Of a DNA stretch of 64,000 nt, positions 62,373 to 64,000 are shown one piece after another. The first letter of the stretch is position 1. Every line of letters begins with the position of its first letter. Both the position numbers and the translations under genes were made by a program. The DNA is from Eledone cirrhosa. Lineage: Eukaryota. The stretch spans positions 286,316,001 to 286,380,000 of the forward strand of contig OZ024740.1 of NCBI GenBank assembly GCA_964016885.1, in the 5' to 3' direction. The notes below the pieces were generated by a model. That model was not told the origin of the DNA, did not search any database, and saw only the letters and a list, made by a program, of their open reading frames with translations.

Positions 62373-64000
62373 CTAAGGGTATATTCTGTCCAAAGAACAA
62401 TAATTACAGGGACATTTTAAAGATTCACATTTAATGATTTCTAATATTGGCACAACACTGCAAATATTTTGATGGGTAGGATCCAATCGATTAGAACAAC
62501 TTCATTACTTACTTATCAAGTACTTATTTATCAATCTCAGAGGGGAGACAAATAAAATTGGTTTCAGCAAGATTTGAATAAAAACATAAAGGTTTGCAAG
62601 TAAATACCACCAGATATTTTGCCTAATGCTCAACCAATTCTGTCAATCATGTTTCAATAATTTCTAGTAGCAAATGCCATATACGTTCATAGTGGGACCT
62701 GTCTGTTACTTAGTTTTGATTTCTGACCAGTCATTTGACTTCAATTATGTTACAATTACTTTGGAAATAGACATTAACTGTACACAATAGCATTGCTATA
62801 CTTTATGTAATTTTTGAGAACTGACATGATAAAATGCACCCAGTACACCCTGTAGAGTGGTTTGTGAAAAGAAGGGTGTTCAACTACAGAAAACAAACAA
62901 AGGACTAAGAGGACTTGTTTCAAAGACATGACAACTTCCCTAGTGCTGATGTCACAATCGAATGCACTTGAGACTCTGCAGTGTTGCAATGTATGTGATA
63001 TATTGTATATTATAATTGCTGTATGTAAAATGAAGGTGCACCTTATCTACCAGTGTGATTTATACACAAATACATTCAATATACTTTTACTTGTTGGTAG
63101 AATTTTAGGGGCTAACTTTTTTCCATAAATAAATAATTTCTTAAATAAGTAAAAAATGTTAAAATTTGTATACTTTTAGTTATGGCCTACAGGCTAACAA
63201 GATACTGAAAACTTTTAGTTATACTTTAGTAATAGTTTAATTGGAATTTTAAAAGAGAAATAATGAAAAATATAAACATTTTCTTGTGAAATTTCTGACA
63301 ACAAAAATATTATGAATTTTGTTGTGTGAATTTTTTTGATATTTTTATGTGTTTGCTGTGTAATGTTTTCCTGTTTGCTAAAAAAAATTTTTGTTTACGT
63401 TTTCTTTCCAACTGGAATATTTTTATATCTATTTTAAAGATTAATGTTATTATTTCAGTTAATCCACTAAAAGGTAATAATGTAGATATGTTTCTTTGGG
63501 ATCAGGGAAACTTCTTTTTAAAATAGAAAAATACCATAGCTGTAACATTTATTCCATGTGTTATTTTAGGGGATTAAATTATAGTATTAAATATATTTTG
63601 TAATTTTTCTTTTAGCCAGTTAGATGATGTTAATGGTGATAATAGAAAATATTTTTGTCTTGTTTTTTATGTCTGCAGCTCTTACTATTTTCAATACTCT
63701 AAGAATGATGCCAACGTACTATTGAATAGTTTGAGATAATGAAGCCCATCAGAAAATAATTTAGTTTTACAGAATAACTTTTTAAAATGTATTATTTTTC
63801 TCTTTGACTGTTAAATTTAAATAATAAACAAGGAGAAAAAACAATGATTGTCAAATTAAGAAAATAAGTGAAAGGAAAGGGCCTGCACACTGAGTCACAT
63901 ACTATAAGTGGCACTGGAACCTCCCTCTCATAATTGTTGAAGCAAGCCAATGCACTTGCAGCGTTGCCACGAGTGATAGGAAGGCTAAGGTACAGAAATA

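Noticed and set aside
63600-63750. Candidate next NCX exon after strong-looking acceptors (TTTTAGCCAG near 63619, TCTGCAG near 63678)
   Set aside because: In the required phase-1 frame each hits a stop within 15 codons and shows no NCX similarity.

Overview
AT-rich eukaryotic genomic DNA, most likely from a coleoid cephalopod such as Octopus. This is inferred from the SINE/LINE/microsatellite repertoire, not from a database match. The only host protein-coding sequence I can support is the 5' part of a Na+/Ca2+ exchanger (NCX/SLC8 family) gene on the + strand. Its two coding exons are 56156/56197-56481 and 57288-57714; they join in frame at canonical GT-AG sites and encode TM1-TM5 with the alpha-1 repeat. 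A CpG-retaining region ending in a perfect donor at 3571 is a plausible non-coding first exon, which would make about 52.6 kb of the window a single first intron. That interval is packed with mobile-element debris: several RTE LINE fragments, at least three tRNA-derived SINE families, non-autonomous Helitrons (one carrying a PIF1-helicase fragment and an RTE fragment), a Penelope GIY-YIG fragment, hAT/TTAA/TA-type MITEs and several long near-perfect palindromes. A 5'-truncated Tx1/L1 LINE lies upstream at 888-2891. The most notable observations are: an NCX that appears to lack both the signal peptide and the XIP segment; two Tx1-family insertions that share a TCTATC target; a LINE-SINE pair with an identical 43-nt tail plus evidence of tail swapping; a chimeric Helitron; degenerate hammerhead-like motifs in Penelope-like context; and a set of long hairpins that could be ADAR substrates. 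I found no unambiguous novel multi-gene system. Repeat boundaries were read by eye and are approximate unless a TSD or TIR is cited.
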